Notes under the pieces: model-generated
What the model was told of the DNA's origin: nothing
Seen by the model: the letters and a program-made list of their open reading frames with translations, nothing else
Databases searched by the model: none
Translations under genes and position numbers: made by a program
NCBI GenBank assembly: GCA_965249485.1
Contig: OZ252239.1
Location: forward strand, 770,445 to 834,444
Source of the DNA: a bacterium
GTDB taxonomy: Bacteria > SM23-31
Reading direction: 5' to 3'
Length of the DNA: 64,000 bases
In this document: positions 10,236-20,560 of the stretch, piece by piece
How positions within the stretch are numbered: the stretch's first letter is position 1
How the letters are laid out: every line of letters starts with the position of its first letter

Positions 10236-12173
10236 TTACAGCCTCCCTTGTTCGATGGAAAAATCATCGGCTGAATCAACATAGAGGACTTCATGGCTGC
10301 TTTCGAACGATTGTAATTCTTCAGACTGGTTGTCCATTAACTCTTTGAGATTCATTCCGCATCGGGGACACGTTCCACCGGATGATGAAAACACCAGATC
10401 CTCTTCCATCGGACAGGTATGTGTTACAGCGCCATCACCTATCACCAGGACAGTTTTCTCTGTCCATGAAGCGTATTCGGTGAGCGGATTAATATCGACA
10501 TTCGTAAGGTCGGATATTCTTATAATATCGCGGCCGGCAATGAGGTTATCAACTTTTGCCGTCTCTTCCGGTTCCATAGCATAAAGCGGCATACCGCAGC
10601 GGGGGCAGAATCCCTCTCCGTCAGAAAAGACAAGGTCTTCTTCCATGATGCAAAAATGAGTTACGTGCCCTTCGCCGAGAATAATCGCCGATTGGTTGCC
10701 CATTTTCTGCGATGTTATTTCCTCATGAGTGTGCTCTCCAACTTCTTCCTGCACCGGTTTACGTGCGGATGTTTGCTTCGACAGCATTTTCATCTGTGCT
10801 TCACGCAGCCGGCTCTCGGAATCGATGAGAAACTGTGCCGAAGTGACGACCCGTTCGCCACCTTCCAGTCCTTCGACAACAGTATAATAGTCATCCGACT
10901 CAATTCCGGTGACTACTTCACGCGGTTCAAATTTTCCTCCTCCGAGATCGAGAATGACAACACTCCGTTCCCCTGATATAATGACCGAACTCACCGGGAT
11001 GATTAAATCCTCCCGCTCTGATTGTGATGCTATTTCAACGTTTACATACATATCAGGTTTCAGCAGCATATCCGGATTGTCAAATTCAATCCGGACCCTG
11101 ATCGTTCTGGTTTGTGCATCGAGATAGGGATAAATAAACGATATAGTACCAGTGAATTCTTTACCCGGATAATACGTTAGGGTCATGGTTGCCTGCTGAC
11201 CGATTTTTACCCAGGGAAGTTCGTATTCATAGATTTCCGCAAGCATCCAGACATGTGACAGGTCAGCAATTTCATACAAATGCGTATTCGGGATGATGCG
11301 TTCACCACCCGTAATCATTCTGTGTCTGACAATGCCGCTAATAGGAGAGAACAGGGTCATATTTTTAGTGGCCTGCTGCGTATCTTTGAGGTGAGCGATC
11401 TGCTCGGGAGTAATATCCCACAACTCAAGACGTTTCCGTGTCGATTCAAGCAGATCGTTCGATTGCTGAGCGACTTCGGAATATGCAGCTCCCTCAAAAT
11501 AGTCGGTGAATCTCAGCGCCTGCAGGTATTCCTCCTGTGTGGTGACGAGATCGGGACTATAAATATCGATCAGCGGATCGCCCTTGGTTACCTGTTGTCC
11601 CGCGAAGCCGACATACAATTTCTCAGCCCATCCCGATACTTTTGTGGTGACACCCATTATGCGGGTTTCGTCATAGACAATACGTCCGACAGCCCGAATA
11701 GTACGGGAAAGTTGTTTCCGCTCGACCGGAACAGATTGTACGCCAATATTCTGAACGGTAACAGGATCGATCGATATCTGACCGGGTGCAGGACTACTGG
11801 TAATATTTCTCCTCACAAGATTCATGTTGCAAATTGGGCATAATCCCGGCTCGGTTTCTTGGACATTCGGATGCATTCCGCAGGTATAGTAATAATCAAC
11901 ACCGGTAACGCCTTCAAGATTGAGTTGAGATGGTGCCTGAGCTCCGGGAAGTTCATCATCATACACCGGAACGAGGTCCATACCCATCGGTGATTTTCCG
12001 GGATTTTCAGATACATAAGCCGGGTCCATCGGTGCGACCCAGTAAGCAACTGTTCGTCCTTCTGCATTGTCACCGTCAGCACCCAAAAAATCATACCGGT
12101 GAAAAACCCACTGGACGGCAATCACAATTATCAGAATGGTGATCCATGTACTGGTGCGTAATTTTCGTGACAT
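10236..12173 (-). CDS. cusB: RND efflux periplasmic adaptor (CusB/CzcB family) with three CxxC heavy-metal-binding domains, one N-terminal and two tandem C-terminal
   Basis: 645 aa. Membrane-fusion core, N-terminal YYTCGMHPNV...GLCPICNMNL, and C-terminal repeats HFCIMEEDLVFSDGEGFCPRCGMPL and HTCPMEEDLVFSSSGGTCPRCGMNL. Confidence 0.9.
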   Translation of the reverse strand: MSRKLRTSTWITILIIVIAVQWVFHRYDFLGADGDNAEGRTVAYWVAPMDPAYVSENPGKSPMGMDLVPVYDDELPGAQAPSQLNLEGVTGVDYYYTCGMHPNVQETEPGLCPICNMNLVRRNITSSPAPGQISIDPVTVQNIGVQSVPVERKQLSRTIRAVGRIVYDETRIMGVTTKVSGWAEKLYVGFAGQQVTKGDPLIDIYSPDLVTTQEEYLQALRFTDYFEGAAYSEVAQQSNDLLESTRKRLELWDITPEQIAHLKDTQQATKNMTLFSPISGIVRHRMITGGERIIPNTHLYEIADLSHVWMLAEIYEYELPWVKIGQQATMTLTYYPGKEFTGTISFIYPYLDAQTRTIRVRIEFDNPDMLLKPDMYVNVEIASQSEREDLIIPVSSVIISGERSVVILDLGGGKFEPREVVTGIESDDYYTVVEGLEGGERVVTSAQFLIDSESRLREAQMKMLSKQTSARKPVQEEVGEHTHEEITSQKMGNQSAIILGEGHVTHFCIMEEDLVFSDGEGFCPRCGMPLYAMEPEETAKVDNLIAGRDIIRISDLTNVDINPLTEYASWTEKTVLVIGDGAVTHTCPMEEDLVFSSSGGTCPRCGMNLKELMDNQSEELQSFESSHEVLYVDSADDFSIEQGRL

Positions 12174-12211
12174 TGTACTTTCCTTAGATTAGTTGTTTTT
12201 ATTAAATATTA

Positions 12212-13534
12212 TTATAAACGCTGACCTGTCAGAAACTCCAGGTTTGCGATATTTTTCTTGTATTCCGTCAGCAATCGGTAATAATCGAGTTCAAATGTTA
12301 AGAGTGTAATCTGGTTGTTTAAAAGGGTCAGAAAATCGACCTTATTGACTTGATAACCAGAAATAGCTGAACTCAATGACTGTGTGGCCTGCGGAATAAT
12401 GACCTCATGAAGCAGTTGTATCCGTTCATCTGTCTCATCAAGTGAGGCGGTTACAACTGCGATTCGGGCGTCGTTCGAATTTTTCATATCCTTGTATGAA
12501 GATTCTGCCGCACGGACTTCTGCCAGTGCTTCTGAAACACCGTTGTCTTGTTTTCTACCGCTCCACAGCGGCAGATTTACCGAAAAATGTGCTGAAAGGA
12601 AATCCGGACGCTGTTGACGCTGCCCGTAGATTACGCCGAATGTCATGTCAGGCCAGTATTGTTTTCGTTTGAGTGATGATGCAATTTCTCTTCGGGCAAC
12701 CTCTTTTCGTGCTGCATTCAACATGGGCCGCCGTTCTGCCGATGTCTGCTGCAGTGTTGCAATATCGAGCGAAACGGAAGAATGAGTTAGTTCTTCTACA
12801 GGACCGATTAGTATGTCTATCGGCCTGTTCAGGAGTGCATTAAGTTCAGCAGTGGAGGCTTCACGATTGTTCCGGTAGCTTATCAGTTTGTCGAGCAGTT
12901 TACTCATCTCAACCTGCGCTTTCAGCACATCCTGTTGTAGCCCTTCACCGACTTCATATTTTTTCGATGCAATTGAAATAAAATCGTTTAGTATCTGCTT
13001 ATTTTTGAGCGTGATAGCAACCGATTTGTCAATCAGGTAGATATCAAAGAACGCCAACGAAATGTCTTTAATTACAGCGTTTCTCGTGTCGACAGCCGTT
13101 AGTCCCGCGATGTCGAATGCTTCCTCGGCTATCTGCTCTTTCAATGATGATATACCGGGAAAAGGGATAGTCTGCTTCAGGGAAATCTGTTTTTGCGTCA
13201 TAGGTTCTACTGTAAATCCTGCATCAGTCAAAGGGAAATTTGCGATGTTCAGGCTCAAGCTTGGATCAGGCCATGCGCCTGCCTGCGGAATGCGCAGTTG
13301 TGCCGATTCACTTTTTTGATCAGCGGCGAGTATCTCAGGATTATCACGGAGCGCAGCTTCAATCAGGCTTTCAAGTGCTACTACGGCACCATTGTTGTTT
13401 TCGACTGAATACGTTTTTGTCGTACCTGCTAAAGCAAAGTCGATAACAGCGTTATGCTGTTGAAATGCATAGCCGGTGCGGGTCAAAACGGAAACCAACA
13501 TGATAACGGCAGTCAAAACTTTTTTTGATCGCAT
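12212..13534 (-). CDS. cusC: TolC-family outer-membrane efflux protein (CusC-like)
   Basis: 440 aa, signal peptide, two TolC-type coiled-coil repeats. Immediately upstream of cusB on the same strand. Confidence 0.85.
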   Translation of the reverse strand: MRSKKVLTAVIMLVSVLTRTGYAFQQHNAVIDFALAGTTKTYSVENNNGAVVALESLIEAALRDNPEILAADQKSESAQLRIPQAGAWPDPSLSLNIANFPLTDAGFTVEPMTQKQISLKQTIPFPGISSLKEQIAEEAFDIAGLTAVDTRNAVIKDISLAFFDIYLIDKSVAITLKNKQILNDFISIASKKYEVGEGLQQDVLKAQVEMSKLLDKLISYRNNREASTAELNALLNRPIDILIGPVEELTHSSVSLDIATLQQTSAERRPMLNAARKEVARREIASSLKRKQYWPDMTFGVIYGQRQQRPDFLSAHFSVNLPLWSGRKQDNGVSEALAEVRAAESSYKDMKNSNDARIAVVTASLDETDERIQLLHEVIIPQATQSLSSAISGYQVNKVDFLTLLNNQITLLTFELDYYRLLTEYKKNIANLEFLTGQRL

Positions 13535-13702
13535 TGTATCTGTTCCTGGATATTATTAATGAATACTGGTTTCAACCGGGATATATACTACCGGTTGAGA
13601 GATATACACTATCAATACTCGCGCAGGGTAAATGAACAAACATTACTCCCGTACTTTCGTAGAGTAGGTATAATGGTGTAATAATAGAAAAGGGGGTGCC
13701 GC

Positions 13703-14179
13703 TTAAATCAGAAAAGCAGCATTAAGGAGAAAATATGGTGGTTGAGATGTCTGTATATTGTGAAAAACAGACGAATGTGTGATGCGTTGTTGAAAATCTT
13801 CGTGTTGATATGACGCTAATGAAGCGGAAAAAATCGTTTTTGTGGAATGGTACGTTTCAGTCCTGACAATGAGCTGATCAACATTGTCAGTATCGGAGAT
13901 AGTACTCAGTGACGCGCAGCAGCATGAACCGTCGTCAGCATAGTGGACTGTTGTAGAAAAATCGATCGGTTTTGTGTCCGGTTCGGTGCAGCATGAATCT
14001 TCAGCCGGTTCGGGAGCTTCCACCGGAATATCTGCGCAGTACCCGGCAGATTCGTTGATTTCCGAATGATCACTGCAGGCATTGCCGCTCACTCCACAGG
14101 GACAGACAGCTAATGCAAATCCGGAGCTTGCAAAACAGAGGACGAGTAAAACCGCTACTATTTTTTTCGACGTTTTCAT
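13703..14179 (-). CDS. Cys-rich small secreted protein of unknown function, first gene of the cus operon; start at MKTSKK (the ORF could extend to 14212)
   Basis: Signal peptide MKTSKKIVAVLLVLCFASSGFALA followed by CPCGVSGNACSDHSE...CADIP...DSCCTEPD...DGSCCCASL. No recognisable family. Confidence 0.45.
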   Translation of the reverse strand: MKTSKKIVAVLLVLCFASSGFALAVCPCGVSGNACSDHSEINESAGYCADIPVEAPEPAEDSCCTEPDTKPIDFSTTVHYADDGSCCCASLSTISDTDNVDQLIVRTETYHSTKTIFSASLASYQHEDFQQRITHSSVFHNIQTSQPPYFLLNAAFLI

Positions 14180-14768
14180 TTGTTTACTATTGTAAAACAA
14201 TTTCGAACACAAAAAAACTACAACAACCGTGCCATTGTCAAAATCGGCACATCGTGTGCGTAACTACAGGTTAGATGCCTCAAAATATAAAAGGTTACAA
14301 TTAAATTTGCAAGAACAATTATTATAAATAAGAATTTGTGTACGTTTTCTTCATTGATCGTTCACTGGTATGGTATAGTTCCCGTCTAGCACACCGAAGT
14401 CACTGCCCCAGCTTCATTGGTGATCTCAATTGTGTCTAATGATGTGGTCTCTTTAAATTAATTGTACAAATATGTAAGTAATTTAGTATTTCTTTATTAT
14501 TGAAAACTGAAAAAAGGCATAAATCGTTCCATTATTCAAAATATCATACAGTATTGGCCAACTGAAAAACGGAACTTGACAATGGGAAATATGTTTTGTC
14601 AGTAAGCGACATGCAAATCATTAATGATTATAATGCGAGTTCTTGTAAGAGGAAAATGTCCTTTTCATAAATAGTAGGCTTATCATCTCACGTTCTACCG
14701 TCAAGAAGTCTTCCTGCTTTCTTTTTATTGGTGCCGCCTCATTGCATAAAGAAAAATTATTACTCAAA

Positions 14769-16118
14769 TTAGTTTAAGCTGCAAAATTCCTTAACTACAT
14801 TGTAATAAACCTGTATCGCACTCTTGATACTCTTTTCACGCACCCGCTCGTCGTTCCCGTGGATTGTGCTATATTCTTCCATTGTGACGGGACCAGGGAA
14901 GAAGCCGTAACAGGTTGCCCCTTTGAGTCGGAAAAACCGCGAATCAGTTCCGTAAATGATGAGATGAGGCAGCGTAATCGAATTCGGATAGACCTTTTTA
15001 GTCTCCTGCTCGATGACACGGAACAGGTCGGTGTCGAACGGTGAAACCACTGATTCGCCCGGTGCATCGATGATATCAAACCTTATTCTCGGATCGTCGA
15101 TGATCTGTTTCAGTTCATCCATAAACGCCTCAACATTCTGGTCGGGAAGAAGACGGCAATCGAGCACCGCTTCGGCATGATCGGGAATAACATTCGATTT
15201 CGGCGGATCACCCACATAGCCCTGTATAACCGTCAACGAGATTGTATTCCGCCGGAGTGCATTGTTGTAGGGTGTATCGACAAGTTCTCCGAGACGTTTG
15301 ATCATTTCAGCAACGACCGGATTGATCTGTACAGGAGTTTGGTAAGTAGCCAGCCTTGCGAGTGCCTGTGACAGAATAAAATTTGCATTACTCTTCGGCG
15401 GCATCGAACCGTGTCCTTCGGTGCCATCCGCAATCAGTTTCAACCAGAGTACTTTCTTTTCTGCAACACCGACGGAAAAAATGAGCCGGTCATCATTGGT
15501 GAAAAAACCCTGTGTGCCGAAACCTCCCTCATCGAATACAAATTCAGCATCGATATCATCCCACAAATTCTCGGCGACCCATTCTGCGCCAAGCTTGCCG
15601 AGCATTTCCTCATCGGCAACAGCGGTTAAAACCACATCCCGGTCAAGCTGAATTTTATTACGCCCGAGCAATACCATCGTCATAAGCTGCATGATACCGA
15701 AATTTTTCATGTCGAGTGCACCCCTGCCGTAGAGATATCCATCCCTACTGACACCCGCAAAGGGATCAACCGACCACCCTGACCGGTCAACGGGAACCGT
15801 ATCGAGGTGGTTCAGCAACATAAGCGGCCGTTTATTCCCGGTACCTTTGATCCGAGCGACAACATTAACTTTACCGTTCGCTCGGTCTGTCCAGTGCAGG
15901 TCAGTTTCAATGCCGGCATGTTCAAGAACTGTCCGGTAAAATTCCGCCGCTCCCGACACGTCGCCCGGCGGATTAGCGGTATTGATCGAAAGGTATTCGC
16001 GAAACATACTGACTGTTTCATCGCCAACTGCCTCCCAGTCCTGACCCGCGGCAATATTCGTAAGCATTATCATTATGACGAAATTTGTGACAAAAGAAGT
16101 ACACAATAAACGTATCAT
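14769..16118 (-). CDS. M20/M25/M40-family metallopeptidase (dipeptidase/carboxypeptidase-like)
   Basis: 449 aa, signal peptide. LNHLDTVPV, GRGALDMK and dimerisation-domain motifs of the M20 family. Confidence 0.85.
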   Translation of the reverse strand: MIRLLCTSFVTNFVIMIMLTNIAAGQDWEAVGDETVSMFREYLSINTANPPGDVSGAAEFYRTVLEHAGIETDLHWTDRANGKVNVVARIKGTGNKRPLMLLNHLDTVPVDRSGWSVDPFAGVSRDGYLYGRGALDMKNFGIMQLMTMVLLGRNKIQLDRDVVLTAVADEEMLGKLGAEWVAENLWDDIDAEFVFDEGGFGTQGFFTNDDRLIFSVGVAEKKVLWLKLIADGTEGHGSMPPKSNANFILSQALARLATYQTPVQINPVVAEMIKRLGELVDTPYNNALRRNTISLTVIQGYVGDPPKSNVIPDHAEAVLDCRLLPDQNVEAFMDELKQIIDDPRIRFDIIDAPGESVVSPFDTDLFRVIEQETKKVYPNSITLPHLIIYGTDSRFFRLKGATCYGFFPGPVTMEEYSTIHGNDERVREKSIKSAIQVYYNVVKEFCSLN

Positions 16119-16431
16119 AGCTAATCCGATTTGTTTGAGGAATAAAAGTGGTTGTGCTTCATTTACAAAGCTGATATATTCTGTTTTGGATAAATTATTG
16201 AAGCATGTATTCAGAATAAAACGACTGCTTCAGCTTGCAAAAACAATTTATTGCTATAATGCAGAACGCTAAGAATGGATTCAATATAGTATAACGACTT
16301 TCGTAATGCAATATGAAAATCAAATAGGTGTATATTGCAGTAATATGAAAAGAAATACGTTGATTTTTATCTTAAAATTCTTAGTATTAATAGTAATTGA
16401 ACAATCTATTTTAAAGAGGAGGATTTGAGGT

Positions 16432-16902
16432 ATGAAAGGCGATAAAGCAGTAATAAAAGTTTTGAATGAAGCGCTTGCCGAAGAGCTGACAGCGGTTATG
16501 CAGTATTTTCTCCATGCGGAGATGTGCGAAAATTGGGGTTACGGAAAACTCTGTAACTTTATCAAGAAAAATTCGATCGGTGAAATGAAGCATGCAGAAG
16601 AACTAATTGAACGTATTCTATATCTCGAAGGAACACCCGATTTAGCCCCGCTGCCACTAAAAATTGGGAAAGATGTCCCGGATTTGCTTAAAAATGATTT
16701 TAAACTTGAACAGGGTGCGATCAAGATGTACAATGCAGGTATTAAACTTGCACGTGAAAAAGGTGATGATGGGAGTGCCGAGCTTCTCAAGAAATTACTT
16801 CTCGATGAAGAAGAGCATGAAGACTGGCTCGAAACACAGTTAGATCTTATCAAAGAGGTTGGTCTTGAAAATTACCTGGCATCCTGGATAGGTGACGAGT
16901 AG
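16432..16902 (+). CDS. bfr: Bacterioferritin
   Basis: MKGDKAVIKVLNEALAEELTAVMQYFLHAEMCENWGY... matches the Bfr consensus. RBS AGGAGGATTTGAGGT. TAG stop. Confidence 0.9.
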   Translation: MKGDKAVIKVLNEALAEELTAVMQYFLHAEMCENWGYGKLCNFIKKNSIGEMKHAEELIERILYLEGTPDLAPLPLKIGKDVPDLLKNDFKLEQGAIKMYNAGIKLAREKGDDGSAELLKKLLLDEEEHEDWLETQLDLIKEVGLENYLASWIGDE

Positions 16903-16949
16903 TAACAGAGGCGAATCAGCTCGTATTCTGTTCGATAAAAGTATCTCAA

Positions 16950-16981
16950 AACGGTGATGATTTTCCATCACCGTTTTTTTA
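16950..16981 (+). terminator. Rho-independent terminator of bfr
   Basis: ACGGTGATG-ATTTTC-CATCACCGT stem-loop followed by TTTTTTT. Confidence 0.65.
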
Positions 16982-17164
16982 TGGAAAAAATATAGAAAAC
17001 GGTAATTCGTGATAAATCCACTCATTGTCATTTCAGGTGTGAATCCTTGTGTAGTATCGGAACAGAATTGTGCAATCTCAATGTTTTGGTTTCAGTATAT
17101 AAAAAGAATAACAGGAGAAATGCTCTGCAGATTGAGGAATTATATGATAGTGTATTAAATGAAA

Positions 17165-18301
17165 CTAATTAAACTGTTTATTAAAGATTGGCAGAATCTG
17201 CAGACCTTTCGGGTTGCTTGCAATGTAGTTCAGGAGACCGATCTGAAGGCCGTCAACGCTGTCGGCATAATTAAAAATACCAAGCGTTACACCGTTGACG
17301 AGTCCCTGAATATAATTAACCGCACTCACAGAAAACCCTTCCATAACACCATTGTATTCCGGATTGCGGATAGTAACAAACAAGACAGATGCGGCTGCCC
17401 CTTTGATATGCCTGCCGCTTCCGACACCGATACCAGCAGCGCTGAGACCGGAAAGTTTATTTCCGGCGCCGACGAATAATCCGCCAAGACTGATACCGGT
17501 AATATCGTTTCCGGCACCAACAAAGAATCCTGAGTTGGCAAAACCGAGGATGTCGTTGCCTGCTCCAGTTGCAAATCATGATATTGCAATGCCTGTTAAA
17601 TCGTTTCCGCTCCCGATAGCGAACCCGGCAGTACCGTATCCCTTAAAATCGTTACCACTTCCAGCCGCAAATCCGGCAAGTGCAATTCCCTGAAAATCGC
17701 TTCCGCTGCCGGCAGCAAATCCCGCTAGCGCGACTCCCTCAAATAATTTTCCGCTTCCAACAGCAAACGGGGAAATTCCTAAGCCTCTAAAATTATTGCC
17801 ACTCCCGGTCGCTAACAGTGCACTTGATATTCCCGTAAACTGTTCTTCGGCTCCGCTTGCCAGCAAACCAAGTCCGATTCCGGTAAACCGCTCAGGTTGT
17901 TCAAGACCGATAACATTCAGCATGAGTCCTGACACGTCCTGGCCGCGCGTTCCGACACCACCGACGGTTATTCCCTTGATAATTCCTGCGTCCGGTGCCC
18001 AGATTCCTATCGCACCGCCTTTAATAATTGCATCTTCATTTTTTTTCGGCTTCCAGAGTGTAATATTCAGACCGGTCATCCGTTCGAGGCCATTATCACG
18101 GTAGTTGATTCGGAGTCCCGTGAATCGCAGTGAATTGCCGAAGCTAACCCCTTTACCGTTTACACCGATATCGACACTCTGCGAAGAGTCCTGCTCCTGT
18201 GCGTTTAAATTATCAGAGAAGGTAATATAACTCAATATAAACAAAGCAAGAATTATTACTGGTCGATTCACGATTACGGCTCCAATTTGATTTTTGATCA
18301 A
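17165..18301 (-). pseudogene. Gly-rich 16-residue-repeat secreted/outer-membrane protein with a C-terminal GLQIGLLNY module; interrupted by in-frame TGA at 17576-17578
   Basis: ORFs 17576..18301 and 17165..17383 share a frame. Repeats G.(A/S)..GF.(A/V)G(S/A)GNDF.G continue across the stop, and the TGA occupies the conserved Gly position of the repeat (GGA to TGA). Confidence 0.6.
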
Positions 18302-18525
18302 TCATATGTGAGACGCGGCATAATACATCATTCGTATTGATGAACGCTCTTAAACAGTTAATGTAATAGTTATCTATTGTAAATTCAATAATATTGTTGC
18401 CCCAATATAATTCATTGACGTAACAAATATATTACGGTGTCATTTCAAAGCGAAGTCCCGACTATATCACTATAATCAGGAATAAAGTGGCGTGATCTTA
18501 TTTTTTGAAAGTACGTTTTGAATTT

Positions 18526-20514
18526 TTACTTCGGCATTAAATATTTTCCCATCCATGCCTCTTCCTCCCGGTCGAGATGAAGCCGGTGGCGTGGTTCATC
18601 GACACCGTGGCCTTCACGCGGAAACCGAAGAAATTCTGTCGTTTTTCCCATTTTTTTCAGAAACCGGTAATACTGTTCTCCCTGAGTGATAGGAACGCGG
18701 CGATCTTCTTCACCGTGAACAACGAGGAGCGGAGTAGTAACGTTTTGAGCATATCGTGCTGCAGACATTCTGTCATAATTCTCCGGGTCATCCCACGGCT
18801 GGACACCGAACATATTGTCGAAATAGTGGAAAATGTCCGTCTGACCATAAAATGGAAAGAGATCGGCAATGGCGGCACTGCCAATCGCAGCTTTGAACCG
18901 GTTGGTTTGGCTGATTGCCCAGAAGGTCATATAACCGCCGTAGCTGCCACCCATGATCCCGAGCCGCTCCTGATCTGCAATACCCATCTCGATTATAGTA
19001 TCCACACCGTTCATCAAGTCGATGAAATCGTTCACACCCCAGTCATTATAAACACCTGCGCCATATTCAAAGGTATGGCCCGAACTGCCCCGCGGATTTG
19101 CACGGAGTACTGCGTATCCACGGGCCGCCCACTTTTGTGCTTCGGCCGTATAAGTATTGTAATAGGCACCATATGGCCCACCGTGCACATCGAGGATAAA
19201 AGGATACCGTTTCCGCTCTTTATAATCGATCGGATAGATAAGCATACCCTCGATATCCCAATCATTTGCCCCTTTCCAGTAGACAACTTCCTGACGTGAA
19301 ACTTCGTATGCTTCCATGTGGTTTGTCGGGCTAAGAATGTTTCTGGTCCGCCTGCCTCTCCTGTCGGTCAGGAAAACCTCGCCAGGTTCGGAAGCAGAGC
19401 TTCCCGTAAAGAGGATCGATATTCCGTCTTCAGACAGGGTGTAGGACCCGGTAACATACTCGTCACCCGAAATAACAAGTTCACGTTCGCCGCCATTCAC
19501 CGGGGAGCGGTAGATCTGCCGTGTCGGTGCCCGCTGGACAGAATAGTAAACGTAATCGTTGTCTTTAGACCACTGTACATTCGAAACCGAATAGTCAAGA
19601 TCGGCGGTCAGGTTGACCGGACTGCCGCCGCTAGCCGGAATGACCATTACCTGTTGCTGTATATACATGATGTTTTCGTGTAAACTTGCGGTATATGCGA
19701 TCCATTCTCCGTCCGGCGACCATGCAGGACTGCCGTCAGGTCCTGTGTTGAAAGTCAACTGCCGCACTTCACCGGAATCAGCGGAAACGATCCAGATGTT
19801 ACTGTTATCGCTATGATTGGGCAGGTTGGTACGTGTCCCGGTACGGTTTGAGCTGAATGCAATCCACTCTCCGTCCGGTGACCATGCGAGTCCATTATTG
19901 TTATAATCACCTTCTGTGATTTTCTTGCTCTCTTTTGCCTCGATATTATAGACCCAGATATGTGTGAACTGTTCATCCTGCTCCCAATAGTAACCGTCGT
20001 TTTTCAACACGACCTTCTTTTCCCACTCCTCTTTATCGGGACGTTCAGACTGTTTGGTATATGCGATTTTGGTATAATCGGGTGAGAAGACCCCGTTTGC
20101 CGGGGCGTCTTCATCGTTAAAAAATAGTTGCCCTTCACCGCCGCGGGTCGAAATGACATACACCTTTTCATCGCCGTCCCGTTCGGAGTTGAACAGGAGC
20201 CGCCCGTCCGGCAGCCACCGGGGGTTTTCCTCTCCGGCATCGGAGTAGGTGAGTTGCCATGTCTCGCCGCCACCCACCTCATAGAGCCATATGTGCGATG
20301 TAGATTCAAAATCCGACGTGTCGAGTGTTGTCTTCGTGAACGCAGTGAGCGATCCGTCGTGCGACAGAGCGTACCCGCCCCAGTTAGGCATCGTCAATTC
20401 CTCAAGCGCCGTCATTTTCTTCTTGCCCATCTCCTGAGCGGCCGTGCTGCTTGTCAGTATTGTAATGCAAAAAAGGCTCACAAGTACAATCAGATATTTA
20501 TTCATTCTCATCAT
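18526..20514 (-). CDS. S9-family serine peptidase (prolyl oligopeptidase/dipeptidyl-aminopeptidase-like) with an N-terminal beta-propeller
   Basis: 662 aa, signal peptide, WSPDGEWIAF-type propeller repeats. GGSYGGYMT nucleophile elbow and the catalytic D and H in the C-terminal alpha/beta-hydrolase domain. Confidence 0.9.
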   Translation of the reverse strand: MMRMNKYLIVLVSLFCITILTSSTAAQEMGKKKMTALEELTMPNWGGYALSHDGSLTAFTKTTLDTSDFESTSHIWLYEVGGGETWQLTYSDAGEENPRWLPDGRLLFNSERDGDEKVYVISTRGGEGQLFFNDEDAPANGVFSPDYTKIAYTKQSERPDKEEWEKKVVLKNDGYYWEQDEQFTHIWVYNIEAKESKKITEGDYNNNGLAWSPDGEWIAFSSNRTGTRTNLPNHSDNSNIWIVSADSGEVRQLTFNTGPDGSPAWSPDGEWIAYTASLHENIMYIQQQVMVIPASGGSPVNLTADLDYSVSNVQWSKDNDYVYYSVQRAPTRQIYRSPVNGGERELVISGDEYVTGSYTLSEDGISILFTGSSASEPGEVFLTDRRGRRTRNILSPTNHMEAYEVSRQEVVYWKGANDWDIEGMLIYPIDYKERKRYPFILDVHGGPYGAYYNTYTAEAQKWAARGYAVLRANPRGSSGHTFEYGAGVYNDWGVNDFIDLMNGVDTIIEMGIADQERLGIMGGSYGGYMTFWAISQTNRFKAAIGSAAIADLFPFYGQTDIFHYFDNMFGVQPWDDPENYDRMSAARYAQNVTTPLLVVHGEEDRRVPITQGEQYYRFLKKMGKTTEFLRFPREGHGVDEPRHRLHLDREEEAWMGKYLMPK

Positions 20515-20560
20515 TATTAATTCTTCCCATTTATAAAATTATTTATAGTTTGTACAACAC

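Noticed and set aside
7165-11843. Plus-strand ORFs within cusA/cusB (e.g. 8632..8910, 9100..9459, 9704..9949, 11280..11843)
   Set aside because: Shadow ORFs antisense to strongly conserved RND and adaptor genes. Compositionally biased, with no signals.
17352-17693. Pro/Ala-rich plus-strand ORF (PLPTPIPAALRPESLFPAPTNNPP...)
   Set aside because: It is the reverse-complement shadow of the Gly-rich repeat gene, which produces a Pro-rich artefact on the opposite strand.
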